DNA of 41,926 bases from Bigelowiella natans CCMP2755 (lineage: Eukaryota; Protista; Cercozoa), in NCBI GenBank assembly GCA_000320545.1, contig ADNK01002545.1, positions 1 through 41,926 on the forward strand, in the 5' to 3' direction. The notes under the pieces were generated by a model. It was not told where the DNA came from. It saw only the letters and a list, made by a program, of their open reading frames with translations, and did no database searches. Both the position numbers and the translations under genes were made by a program. This document shows positions 15,069 through 28,555 of the stretch, one piece after another. How positions within the stretch are numbered: position 1 is the stretch's first letter; the number at the start of each line of letters is the position of its first letter.

Positions 15069-16346
15069 CACAACTCAACACAAAAATGATATAAATACAT
15101 ATCTCCACGTATTCTCGATATTCTAAATGCAAACGAACAAAATTCTTCCAAACCTAAAATCGAAGCTCTCCGGGTGATAAAGAGCCTGTTCGCACGTATG
15201 GATTAGTAGGCACAGATGCTGCCCCCCACGAGGTGGGAGGGAGACATGTTCGCAGCTACGCATTCACCCAGAATAGCAAGAAACATTTCCAGAAACAACA
15301 ACCAACAATCATCATCCTACCTCGATCTTGGTCAAAACGTCGCGTTTGGGCAGCTCGCACCAATACCCACCAAACCTGTAGCAAATACAAGGAACAACAA
15401 ATGCCGCATTCTCAGAAACTTATGCACGTAATCCAGGCAAACACGATCGACGCTCAGCGTCGTTAAGTACCATTCCGATAGGAAATCCTGTGGGTTATTC
15501 GCAGAGCTTGGAACACCTCTCCTCAGCAAGTGCCTGCACGCATGGGAGACTTCACGTTAAAATGCCATCGTTCGAAAAATGGGATGTTGGTCCATTGTTA
15601 AATGTGTAGTCAGGGGTACAGCATGATTGCATACGTAACTTTCAAAAGAGATAAGAGACACCCGACTACCTTTGCATCTCCTCAAACAGTGAGATGTCCG
15701 GGGAGAATACCATGACACCTGCGACACAAGCCAGCGAAAGAAAAACTATCATATACACCCCGAAGCTGCAAATCAACGCCTCGAAACCATCGCGCGCATG
15801 TACTGCTATGCGTGTTTGCGCACGCTGCGACCATCACTAGCTGTATGGAATTTTGAGTTAAAATTGCAATAACAAAAGCGTGACATGTCGTTACTCGCAG
15901 ATATGCGCCGCTCGGGTCTGCTTATACCTATTAATTGATCGAAGCAAAGAACACCGAGATCAAGCAAAGAACACCGAGATCAAGCAAAGAAACGGGATAT
16001 TCGCAGTTATACATGGACACGTCCAAAAAAAGGAATATTTCCTACCAGGACGTGGTTTGGTATAAGGACAATGGTTTCTATTCGATAGTTGGCCTTCGGC
16101 ATCCGGCTGTTGTTCCATCACCACCAATCACATGCAATTTGAAGAAGGATTAATAAGACGCTAAATGCGATAATTGCCAAAGATTTGCACTCTGAAAGGC
16201 AAAGGCTGTCCATCCTCTATTAGGTTTGGGGGTCGGGTTCTTAACTTACAACAACCTCGTGACACAAGCAGCGCGATCTTGCGAGCAGTTCCGAACGACG
16301 GTATGATTGATGACTAAGAATCGCGAATATCGAGCCAATTTGCATT

Positions 16347-16386
<40 letters not shown>

Positions 16387-17928
16387 TGGAACAATTAGTA
16401 TTGCGTTTATTGCGTTTGTCTTCGGATTTATTTGCAGCTGAGCTATATCAATTCTATTCTGTTTCACGTTAACCGTAAAAGGAAGAAGAATACCCGCGAG
16501 CGAAGGAGGCCTTTGATCGAGCACCAACGCCATCTTCCATATGATGCAGCTGGAGACGCTTGGGCGGGGCTGCATCAAACAAATCGTCCATATTCTGCAA
16601 AACCATCACCTACATAAAGAAGCAGGTCAGGCAGCAAGCAACAAAGCGTTCAGCAAAGACTCGGTAGCAAGTACAAGTGTACATACACTATGATGCAAAA
16701 TGCGACATAACTCGTGCTTTTCGTTATCTTCTTACACTTGGATCCAAATAGGCCACTCTGTCAAACTCCGCTAGTGAGAAAACGTGAAGCTACGAAAAAT
16801 CAACCATCAACAAATGCCACCACCACATCGCGCCGTTCATTCGTCAAAAAGAGATTTGACCCCCAAATCCACACATACCAACACGCCATATAAACACATA
16901 CCAGCACTAATCATACATCTCCCCTGCGATCACGTTTATCATAATTTCAGCCTCCCTTAATTTATATTACGTCGTCGAGAAGAAGGAATACAAGGTAAAT
17001 ATTCATTGATATAGGCTACAACAAACCATAGTCCAAGATCCAGAAATTCCCCGCAACCCTCCTCGATATGCCCCCTCTGAGTGATAATAAAATACATCAA
17101 AAGCCATCACCAGCCAAATGAAAAGCACAATAACCCAACGACGACTTGCATAATCCGAGGAAAAACAAAAAACCGTCTTTTTCAATTGTTTAATCAATCA
17201 TACAACGCGAAATCATCTGATAAATGGCTGAGGCGAACATCAACGCGGCATTAGAAGCACCTCCAGCAGCTTCGCTATTTTCCACAACTCTTGGTTTTAT
17301 TGCCTCGATCTAACCAAGCAAGCACAAACCGGCCTTTACCCCCATGAACGCAAAAGATCGAAGACGCGTGCTTAACGCATTCTCAACTACTCGCTACTCA
17401 CTGCAAAACTACTGCACTAATAGTTATCAGCAGCTATATCCTCCCTCAATTAGATGCAAGCTATGGCCAGTAGACGCGGTTCTCGTCAACAACATTGAGA
17501 GGAATCATCATATCACTTGACATCAAGGCTAACAGCTTCGTGTTACTACCGGGATTATCGTGCAATCAACATGTCTAAGCTCTTCCAACTGCGCTAGGCC
17601 TAAGATTAGGAGGAAGATGGCTTTAAACACCAGAAATCCATACACATTTGTATGACGCGTCCAACACAGAAATAGCTGCAACTTGGATGTGGGATGCGAA
17701 GTAGGATGTGCTGATCATATACTTACCGACGTTTTGTTTATCAACGAGAATTAATATGGGGTATCTGGGAGGGGGGAGGGGGGGGGTGGGAGGGGCAAGG
17801 TTAAACAGAGGACAAATTTTAGAGTATTCGAAATCGCGCAAAATAAATGCACACTTTCTCTTCTTCAAGACAATAGAATGGGCGATTTTGGTATCGCGAT
17901 TTATCAATGACAAAACACAGTGTATAGA

Positions 17929-17965
<37 letters not shown>

Positions 17966-18222
17966 ACAGTTGCAAGTACCTTGTTTTCGTATCTTTTAGC
18001 GATTTCACAAGCGTAAGTACTCCTGATATACGTGGGCGCGCGCTTGTGTGTTTGCGTGTGTGTATGTGTGTGTGTGTGTGTGTGTGTGCGCGCGCACGAG
18101 CGTATGGGCGGCTACATAAGTGTTTAGGGTTATATGATTTTCTCTCCTACCAACGATATCATGCCAGCTATTGATACTCGTAACCCAGGCCCTGAAATAC
18201 CAATGATGCGAACATATCGGTG

Positions 18223-18258
<36 letters not shown>

Positions 18259-19154
18259 TACATTATATATCACTTCTTAAGTTGCAACAAACAGCAAACC
18301 ATCCTCTCGGTTAGGAACCAAATCTATAGATATGTTTGCGTAATGTCTATACAATATGCAGTAGTAGAATAGGTATTCCCAAATCCTCTCGCGCTCTCTC
18401 GCTCTCTCTCCTCTCTTATCTTACATATACGGGTGCGCGCACTCACACTTAAACACACACGCATACACGCACACATGTTCATAAAAATGACTTCATCTAA
18501 CGAGTAATTGGTTATTCGAGTGTCGTTTATTGAAAAGCGTGGAAAAGTACAGACAAGTTGCGCTTGGCGCAAGCAACCTTGACCCCTCCCCCCTGTTGCG
18601 AAAGGTGATCGTGCTGTAGAATGCTCTTGTGTTCCGCAATATTGATGTAGAGTAAAAATGGGCGACGGAATCCGTCACGACGTTCATCACTTGTTGAGAA
18701 ACCCCTGGAATCAAAGATATCTTTCTATCGAAAAGGGCTCAACATCGTAGCACATGCATTGGTCGGATGTGGATAACTGCGTATGAGGTGGAACGATCTA
18801 TATGGTGGGATTGTATATGCTAAAGACGGCGTCTGACAGGCACAAGCTCTTCCAAACAAAGGTATTATACACCACGCGCGCGCAACGGAAAAGCCGCTCA
18901 AAACAAACGAGCAGGGTTCTACCAAACACGTTCCCCACGATTTTCGATAAGAATGAAGTGCCGGACTGATCCAAAGGGGTTTGGGAGAATAAGGAAACAT
19001 ATAGCACAAGGGCAAAAAGGGCAAATGCACAAAACATCAACACATTTCCCAGTCCTCATTTTTCATTTTTCAGGCGCGTACACCCCATCGCAGCACATGC
19101 TCGTAAGTTAGTCAGACTAGGAATTGTTTAGGCGTTATAAACAATATATATATA

Positions 19155-19202
<48 letters not shown>

Positions 19203-21212
19203 TATTCTACCGCGATGAAGGACTCGGAAGTACGATAGTACCTAGAAGCACGCATGTGTTTCAGATTGCATCTGGCTATAGAAGAGCCTATATTTTTTCC
19301 CTTGTTCGTTGATAGTATAGTGTTTCAACGTACCTCAAGCACCAACTAGGGATATATGTCACAGGAAGCGCCCCTCCCCCACTCTTGAGATTTCTTGCAA
19401 AATGATCTAAGGTTGTTGATAGCGTGTGTGTTAATGTAGTTGCAAGCAACGCTAGTATGGGCCCTTGAAGGAGCTCGCATAGGCAACAATTACCGTTCCC
19501 AGTCACCCCCACGAGCACGCATAATACTATGACGAGACCAAACAGGCAAAGCAGTACACGCGATGGCTCAGCAAGCCTCCGGAAGGCCTTCCCCATAAGC
19601 CAAGCCGGGGGGGCGGGTGCACGGAACTATAGATGTTGTTATAAGTGTTGTAAAATATGGTGTGAATATTTCGATTTATTTACGATATTCACGGGTATAA
19701 CATTCCTCTTTTTTTCCCTCGTTGGCAATTTGCGAATTACACCCAATCAAAGCTAGGAATCTCCGTCTGTTGGCTGATGGAACAGAAATAAATTTTCCTT
19801 ATTTTATCTGTTATCAATAGAAAAAATGGTATAGATGTTTTTCGCATTATTTATTGTCTAGTTTTATCTATCACAAGTCCAAAATAAATTGATTTTAGAT
19901 AGTACAAATATAAAAATATAATAATCATCATGTATTGTATTTACATGTAACGACAAGTAGTAATTGGGTAAATGAAGAGAAAATAGTGATAAATTTGCAT
20001 AATGTTTCTTAATAATATTCTGGATTTCTTCTTCCTAAAAGTCACCGAAATAGCCATCCCCCCTCTGGTACCCTACTTCTTCCGAAGGAAACCCACGATG
20101 GTGGCCGATATGGCTACGTTCTTCGCTCTTGGTGTTATGTCATGCTTCTCTGGATGGACAAGAGGTATGGAGTAGGGACAAACTGCCCAAAGACTCGATT
20201 AAAGTAGTTCATCATTAAATGTGAAACTCGCTCACAATTCAGGGACTTGTGGATTTGGAATGGGGATTGCAATGAATGCAGGTGAATAGTTCCAAACATA
20301 CTGACGAAAAGTATGTAGCAGAATCTGCGCGCCAACTTTGCATTCATTGCGATTGAATGCTGTTTGTGCGCGCTACCCATGCCACCATCGGTTTCCGCTG
20401 GTCTCTATTTTCAGTCGAAGCCGTTCTTTAGCATGTAATCAGTGGTGTTCTGCAACTTAGGAATGCTACTCTCTACGTTCTTAATCCATACGTTATCGGG
20501 TGAGGTCACTGTGATACGTACATTGCGACTCGAATAACAGCAGAGTCAACAGTCAAACAGACACGATTCTCACAATTCCAACTCAATCTCGAATCTGAGT
20601 ACAGCTATCAGGATGTTCTTCGTTGTATTTACTCTCTACTTCGGTATGTGCGTGTTGTATTGTCAGGGAATTCTGATTGGAAGTTTCCATTGTATAAGGT
20701 CATAAGATAACTGTTGAAACCGTGTTGTCGTCAAAGAAAGGCCAACTTTTCTCTCCCCCCCTTTGTCTTATCTTCATTTTCCTCTATCAGCGCCTCCCTT
20801 ATAGTTCGCAACCAATAGAACATTACCCTCCCACCACCGCAACCACCATCATCCTCACCGTTATAATCCTAATCATAATAGACCGTATGCCTCATCACGG
20901 CTATCGACACGGCTTTTATTCCAGCTCTAACGATCGTGTGGTAGTGAAGATGCACACCATTCTCTCCTGATCTACCGTGAATAATATGCGCATTAGCAAA
21001 CCCACACTCTCTGACAATGCCTTTGATATGACAGGGACGATATCCACAGAAATCTGGTCAGTAAACTCCTTCGAGAATAGCATTCATTTTAAAGCAACAT
21101 GTGTATTCACGATAAAATATTGTTCCGAAGTGCGTAATCTGGAAAAATTCAGCGGATGCTTTTATTAACAGTCACAAGATTATATATTTTTAAATTGTTT
21201 TTGTACAATACA

Positions 21213-21255
<43 letters not shown>

Positions 21256-22584
21256 ATAGTTGAATCATAGTTTGGATTCTTCTCTCTCTCAGGCGTTGAT
21301 ACTGGCTCTTCCAAGGGCGATTTTCCTTATTCTCGGTATATTATTTCATCTTGCTTTGGGTTATCATATTCAGTCGTTAAAGCTCGTGTTTTGGTGATGT
21401 ATGTCCTTGGTTTTCCTGTAAATATTTGTTATTAATATATATATATATATTATATTAATATATATGTAGGAATGTTTATTCTTCTAAAAACGGACTCGTC
21501 TATTTTAAGGTCACCTTTATTTACCCGAAATTGTATTGATTTGCGCAAACGTTTGAAAGTCGTAGGGTTTTTGGGTGTGTTGCAATGCGATTAAACTCTA
21601 GTTGAATGTATGCCTTCAATTATTCTCGGTTCTGCGCACACAGCAAGAACCGAAATGTGTGGTTACGCACTAGTATATGATGCCTTTCTCTGTTGACGAG
21701 AAATGATTCAAACTATCCACAGCGCCATTCTTGGATTTCTCGTGACCCTATTTGCGTGCTGGCAATGGGTTAGAAGAACCGTATTTCTAGTAGAACCGTA
21801 TTTATAGGCTTAGGTCAATCATGTCAATCGTGCCGAAAGCATAACAAAAAACTAACCGAATACGTGCTTTAAGCGATTAGAAACGACAAAACACCACGAT
21901 TTGTTTCTTCGCCAAAATAGTTTGCGTGTATACTGCGTGTTTAATGACGTGTTGTTGGAGGCGTCGAAAGAGACAGCGATCTTTGTCATAACTCCTTTCG
22001 CCGCATATTTCTCGTTACGCATATTCGTTAGAACGTGCCGTGTACACCATCACTGCCTACGCATATTATATAACACAGAAGATGCATTTTATACTCCTAA
22101 ACGTAAATGAACCTGCATTTTAATGCGTGCAGGCCTGTGGGGACGTCTCTGAAGAATCTCGAGCGAAGGTGTACTACCAGATTTATATCCGCTAAAAAAG
22201 AAAACAAAGAATCCATCGTAGTAAGTGCTGACCCCACACCGCTTGGAAGATGGGGAGGGGTGGCAGCGGGAAAGATCCTACCAACACGAGCTCAAATTCC
22301 AATACTTGGTATGTAGGCGTGGAAGCTCACGCAGAAGAAGCCGTGTTGGTTTTATGGTAATTAAACAAACACACATCTACGCACCAGTAGTGCACATCCC
22401 ATGGAGTCTGTATAAAGACAAACAAGGCCTTAGACGCAGCTGCGTGCGTGCTTTGGATTTTGGGCGTTGTTCTGCGCGTAATTCGGTCGTTTTGAGGCAT
22501 GGGCGATGCAATATAGGTTGGGCCGTATTTGCTTCCAGTATTTCTGGCGTGACCAGCGGATTTGCTGGGGTTTGCCCTAGAATG

Positions 22585-22664
<80 letters not shown>

Positions 22665-23000
22665 ATATAATATGCACATATTGAACTCGCATATGAGTCT
22701 ATTGTATTAACACCGTGTTGTTTATGGCGCAGCCTGGTCGTTTATTGCTTGTCAATTGCTGATTGTGTTTGATGAACGTTAAGGTCACAAGCCCCCCCAT
22801 CCAAATCCTTGTGTTAATCGCTGGAATGCCAAAAGCACAGTAAGACCGATAAGAAAACGTGCAAAGCTTACATACAAATTATGATAGATTAGCAGCTACG
22901 ATGAGAGGACTTTTGCGTATGAGAGTAATAAGATATTTGTGGGTGCGCCTGTGTGCGCGCGCGCGTGTGCATATGTGTGTGTGTGTGTGTGTGTGTGTGT
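2540..23000. repeat. Numerous intronic dinucleotide microsatellites (AT)n, (AC/GT)n, (AG/CT)n
   Basis: Examples at 2552, 2679, 3369, 3900, 6453, 8650, 9240, 9934, 10520, 11203, 15020, 16350, 17933, 19150, 21220 and 22590. Confidence 0.95.
11519..19596 (-). CDS. Multi-exon GT8-family (glycogenin/galactinol synthase-like) glycosyltransferase-like protein with N-terminal membrane anchor(s) and a C-terminal extension
   Basis: Spliced exons give AWVTSINSWHDIVGVLTLVKSLKDTKTRYPILILVD (18.2-17.7 kb), LHVFSLAEFDRVAYLDPSVMVLQNMDDLFD (16.8-16.55 kb), PGVMVFSPDISLFEEM (16.05-15.67 kb), PQDFLSEWFGGYWCELPK (15.5-15.3 kb) and LAFNG/IRPW (15.0-14.85 kb), the GT8 motif order. First exon MGKAFRRLAEPSRVLLCLFGLVIVLCVLVGV at 19596. 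Exons below ~14.5 kb and the stop position are tentative. Confidence 0.7.
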
Positions 23001-24613
23001 ATGGGCGGCGTGCTCAGAGATGAGTGGTATTGCTGTGGTGATGAAGGTTTCGAGGGACGTGGATTGCTGTTAACTCAATTCTAAAGCCAATACAGGTGCT
23101 GCTTGCTAAGAGTGTGTCTTTTCTATCTTCCAAGTTCCATAGAACCACGCAGTTTATGTCACATATCGGTGCATGTATGATTGATGAGAAGTCGAGCAGA
23201 ATGGTTGGTTATGTGGGAGAGGTGCTTCGGTGTGGAATGCATTTGCTGATATGCGTTGACGATTGTTTTGGTTGGATGTTATTGGATGTTATTACCATCT
23301 CTTCAGTTGGTGCTGCTAATCGTCTGCAAGCCAGAGGTAGTGCTTGTTTCTTGCCCATATTTGCTTTGGAGGATCCCGTGTTCTTATAGTCTAGATCTCT
23401 GCTTCAAACGCTTCTGAATTTCCACGTGCATCCTCCAGCCGTATCTTCTTCTTGAGTTATTGCCAGAATAGTCAGAATTCCACAATAGTTATTAGCACTG
23501 CGTTCTTCGCCCAGAAACACATGTACGGAGCACATAGATGCGCAATCGAAGTTCCGCGTGTGGGTCTTTAATGAAATGAATACCGACTTGCGAAGGTTTT
23601 TGATGGGAGCCAAGCTCATTACTATGCTGCTGCTATCGCTTGTGCCTGGTGTGGCCTTCTCTTCGGGTATGGCCTCTCTGTGCTGTTGTTTCTTTGCGAT
23701 GCGTGAGTTTTGATTATTTTCTCGCGACGTGGTTGGAAGCGTAAATCGATAGGATTGGCTATACATTGTGCTCATTGGAGAAAGAGTAGTGTAATATGTG
23801 ATTTGTGATTTTGATACACTTGCGTGGATCGGTGCGTAATTTCGAGCAGAGTTTCGCGTTTGATTAATATGTGTTTTTAGGAACTATTGCCATGCAAGAA
23901 TTACTGAGAAGACGGTAGTTTTTAAGTGTAACATTCTCGTATAAACATTTCTTGCCATATTGATTTGAAACGTCTTAACTTTTGATCAAAGGCCCGCATA
24001 TTACTTCTTCTCTTGCTTTCAATATCTTCCATTCTGCTCCTGATGAAAGCAGGGGCATTGATAGGTGTGTGTGGAAACTTCCACATATGTATAAACACTC
24101 TAAATAACCATGTTGTAATTGACATGTATAAGAAATAAATCCTGCGTCTGCATTGTTGTATGTATGTTGTCACGTGGAGACGAGATCTAGCAAAGGTCTT
24201 CCTAGTTGTTGTTGTTGCTGACGATGCACAATTATCTATAATGCAATAGCTGGATTTGGAGGGACGCTACTTGGAGTAGCTGCGACATATTCTTTATACA
24301 ATAGGTCAGTAGTTTATCTTCTATGATAGCAAGTATTAGGATTTAGTGTTCGGATACAATATTAATTTTTATCACTGTCATATCTTCGTCATTACCATTT
24401 TTTTGGTAGCGTTTCGACAAATTACTGTTTCAACCGGATTTTTTCTTTTATTTTTCTCTTTTCTTCCACGAAGAGTGTAATTTTACTGAAAATCTTGTGA
24501 GATAATCATTGTCAAAACACGCTTTGTTTCTTTCCAGGTGGATGGTCTGGACATGCTCAGACGAGACGCTTGAGAAATGGCAGAGTAAGAGTTATCAAGC
24601 ATTGCAGCCATGA
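20098..24613 (+). CDS. Multi-exon multi-pass membrane protein (transporter-like, family not identified)
   Basis: Many short AG..GT exons with hydrophobic translations: MVADMATFFALGVMSCFSGWTR, MFFVVFTLYF, ALILALPRAIFLILGMFILLK, AILGFLVTLFACWQW, TAIFVITPFAAYFSLRIF, LITMLLLSLVPGVAFSS, AGFGGTLLGVAATYSLYNRWMVWTCSDETLEKWQSKSYQALQP*. Confidence 0.5.
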
Positions 24614-24719
24614 TCAATGTTCTCGGAGCTTTGGCGTCATGAATGTTGATTTTGGAGTGGGTATTTAATCGCAAATACATAAAGTATTACCAGCTTTCTA
24701 GATTTCGGCCAACAATGAA

Positions 24720-27700
24720 TGCAATGCTAATGCTATCTAACCCACGACAATGCTAGCTAGCTAGGATATCACCGTTGCTAGCATGTGCACGCCTGTTGTC
24801 TAGATACTACTCAAACTCTTACACAAATTGAAATGGTTTTGACGCTCCAGTTGATGTATCTGCACAATATATTCATAAGGTGCAATCAGTGCAATGTGAT
24901 GCGTTCAAAGTCTTGTGAAGCGCAAGATGCCACATGCAGCCATGCTAGCATACTAGCTAGTATGCACGATGTGTGCTCGCTAGCTCGGCAATTATCAAAT
25001 CGATGCACTGACTAGCTGGCCATGCTAGCATGCTAGTATGCTGAGATCTAGAGATGCGCAACGCCGCAAGATTGACAGCGTGCTAGCATGAAACTGTTGA
25101 AAATTGGGCATCAAACGTCCATGCTAGCTAGCTACTAGCCCGCTACAATGATGAGCTTTAGCACGGCGTGGAAGCGTGTGCGGTCATGCGGGTGTGCAAA
25201 TTTTCAGAAACAAAACTGCAGCCATGGACACACTCACTTTGAAGCGTGCTCGCATGCACTTGCTAGCATGCCTGCAGCTGGCGGTGGCTGGCGAGCTGGC
25301 GAAAGAAAGTGTTTGGGGGAGTGTGCTTGCCGTGGCCTTGAAGCAATGCTAGCAGCAATGGATGAAAACCATGTGCATCATGTGCCAATGTTCAACAAGC
25401 CGAGGGAGTGAATGTTCGAGTGAATGATCCCAAGCTAGCCAACCAGCAAGCTAGCAAGAGGGGAGACCTCAAAGGATCATCGAGTTTGTGACTCGTCGCC
25501 TTTTTCAAGTTGACCTGGTCAAAGAAAATGGAGTGATTGTTTCACACCCGTCGATCGGTATCGAGTACATGAACAGAACACGGTGGTGAAGACGAAGCCC
25601 CAAACCAAGAAAAAGCTCGCTGCTGGAGTGCAACATGGAATGATTCGCAACGGTGTTTCAGATTGCCAGCATGACAGATCATTGTGGCTTTCGAATGAAA
25701 TGGTCCCACACGTGACGGATGAATTTGAGCCGGCATGACAATCTGAACAAAGCATTCGATAGCTTCTCACATGTCAGCGCAGCACGACGCGCCATGACTG
25801 CTAGCGAAACGTGCTGTTGTCTGTCTGATGCATGTTTTCATGGAGTGTCATCATCTTTTCAAAATCCAAAAGCAGGTACAAAATCCCCCCGCCCTACCGA
25901 CCAACTCACGACGAACGAAAAGTGAAACTACCCCCTCTAGCCCTCACTGTGACCTGCCACCACCTAGTTTCTGCTCTCTTTTTTTCCACTGTGCATGGAG
26001 ATTGAGGATTCCAATGACATCAAAACAGAAAATGCAAAAGGCCATGATGATGATCATGAGGACTTTGTTGAATGATTCGAGATCGACATCGACAGTTGAA
26101 ACTGTCGCAGATTCCAAAGGAAACACCAAACGTGAAATCAAAACGACAATGTCTGCACCGCAAAAATGCGCAACAAAGACACCTGAGGTTTTCAAAACGG
26201 TCATTTAGATTCCCAAAGAAAACAAAATCGAACGCGATTCTGCGCAGATGTGAACAAAGATGTGCAGATGTGAACAAAGATGCCATGGAAAAGGTTGATC
26301 GAGCACAATCTTGCCGACAGCAAACACAAGCTAGATGCAGATCTCAAGTGGCCAATCAAAGACAAACAAATGGCGGTGACATGCGGGCAAAATTGCGAAA
26401 ATTTTGCAAGTCTTCTCGACAAAACAGGCAAACATCGTCAACATTTCAAAACTCTCATCACCGCAAATTCGTCAGGCGGCTGCACACGTGTCAATGCATG
26501 ATTCCTTGCATCCTGTTGCTAGATTGTGAGTCGGCAGAGCACAGTCTAGCAGTGGCAGAGTGACATGGATTTTGCTGCTCATTTTTTGCACATGTCTGTT
26601 GCACACGCATGCCAGCATGGTGAAATGTGTGTCACAAAATGAGACATTTTGTCACAAATTCGCGATCAGGCACAGCATGGTGAAATGCTGCGGCTTGTCC
26701 ATTGGCACATCCCAGCCTCGCTTGCTCTCACATGACCAGCTAGCTAGATGAACATGAAATGCGTCCACACATGAACACTTCAACGCCGGTGTGGTCGGTC
26801 ATGACCACCAAGCGCGTGCTTGCATCAGGCAGCAAACTGGGCATGCAGTTTTGTTCCAGTTTTGTTTTGGCAGTGGGATGTTGGACATGTGCGTTTGCAT
26901 GTGCAATGCATGCATGCTTGCGCATTTGCCTTGGGCAGTGCGACAGGCTTTCTGAGTCATGCACACATCAGGTGGCATGCACATCTTTGGTGTTCATCAT
27001 GGTTTCTTTTGTGCACAAGTTTGTGGGCATGTGTGGGCCTGATTGTGCAAGTGCGCGTTGGCATGCAAAGGTGTGCAGCTGGATGGGACGAACTGATGGT
27101 CGATGGGACGTTCCCAGGCATCGAGTCACATGCAGCTTTCAAGCTGAAGGGATCCACGTTCGAAATCAGACGAAATCGTTTCGAGGATCCCATTCCTTTC
27201 ACAGGAGAAGCAAAGAATTGGAAAGAAGCCACACTTCATGTGGCCCGTTTCGCAACTCACCATGCCAAGATGATGCCATGTGGGGGTTTCTTTCGTGATG
27301 GCACATTGAATTGCGATTGCCATTCTGATGTGGACCTTGACATCCGTGTGCCGCGAGAAGTTGGAAGACAGATGGCACTCGGAACCTTGAAAAGTTGGGG
27401 ATCAGGTTGTGGTGTTGAACACGTGTGCCAAGGTGACAAACCAAGTGTTGTGTCCACATTGTTTGAACACACATGAACATTGACATGCACCGCATTTGAC
27501 ATGGATTGTGGGAAAACAAAATGATGTTGTGTGTTGCATGTCCATCATCAAAAAGGAATGAAATTGGAAGAACACACCTTCAGATGCTCCTCAGATGTGC
27601 ACGTCTTCAATGTCCAGTTGACAGACTGGAATGCTTTCCAGGAACAAGACGGAAAATGCAATCTAGATTTCACAGCAAATGCTTTCTGTGCCATGAAGGG

Positions 27701-28340
27701 GAAAATGTTGTCAATTTCGTGGCGCAATCCCATGGTAGAAGAAGGTCAAGTGATCGATGACATGCGGAATGAAATGATGAGACCTTGCAAGCCAGTGGTG
27801 GGAGATGAACTCATGGAAGCTAGGGCAGCAAGGTTCTCCCGTGGAGGATGGACAATGATGGACTACACATGGGATTCGACAGGATTGCACCAAATCCGAG
27901 ATGAAGGATCAACTACGTGATGCGATGAACGATTTTGGCATGCATGTGCGTTCCATCATTGACATGAGGAGTGTTTGCACCCAGCATGGTGTGATGTGGC
28001 ACACTGGAGGGTTCAATTCCCACCCCATGCATGTGACATACACATGACACATGAAACAACCATGTACATAACAACAAATTGACGCTTTTCACTTTGTTGA
28101 CATGCCTTTCCAATTCAGCGAAATTGAATGAGGCAGAAAGCAGAACAACGGTTCCCTCCCGCGCCTGCATGCTGCAACAAATGACATGAAATTACACGTT
28201 AGAGAATCACATGATGTTGACAGGCAGTAGGTAGAAGATTGGGGGTGGGAAAGACGACACATGGACAAATGACCCGATGTCAACTTTCGAATTTGGAGCA
28301 CAATGAGGTCATTTTTGATTTCTTTTTGTGGCAACGCAAA
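24720..28340. other. TpA-depleted hypermutated block 1
   Basis: TA dinucleotides are rare and the survivors are mostly in CTAG/GCTAGC. Strong excess of TGCA/CATG/CACA/TGTG. ORF translations are almost Tyr-free and rich in Cys/His/Met. Confidence 0.9.
27096..27920 (+). pseudogene. Degenerate class II nucleotidyltransferase (CCA-adding/poly(A) polymerase-like head domain), probably with an intron near 27460-27555
   Basis: Motifs P(C<-Y)GGFFRD...DVDLDI (cf. VGGxVRD...DxDI) and LDFTANAF (cf. RDFTINA), then DDMRNEMMRP...RAARFSRGGW. The two ORFs 26820-27476 and 27531-27920 are in the same frame. Confidence 0.6.
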
Positions 28341-28555
28341 GTACTGAGCGAATTTAAAATTACAAAAAAGTGCATTTTGCCCCTCCCCCCCCCCCCTCGT
28401 ATTCAGTTGTTTTAGACACTGAAAGAAAACTGAATGAAATGATGTTCGGGAACGTGTAGGTACTTTTTAGGTGTGTTCGCCCGCCCGGGGCTGGGGGACT
28501 GTGGACCGAATAATTAATTTCGGAAAACAGCGGCAAGCAATTGTCGTCCACTTCC

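Noticed and set aside
15937-15993. 20-bp tandem duplication GAGATCAAGCAAAGAACACC (similar small ones near 13030 and 26245)
   Set aside because: Ordinary slippage duplications with no evidence of function.
3897-22710. Short ORFs with YIYIYI, SLSLSL, THTHTH or VCVCVC runs
   Set aside because: These are translations of intronic microsatellites.
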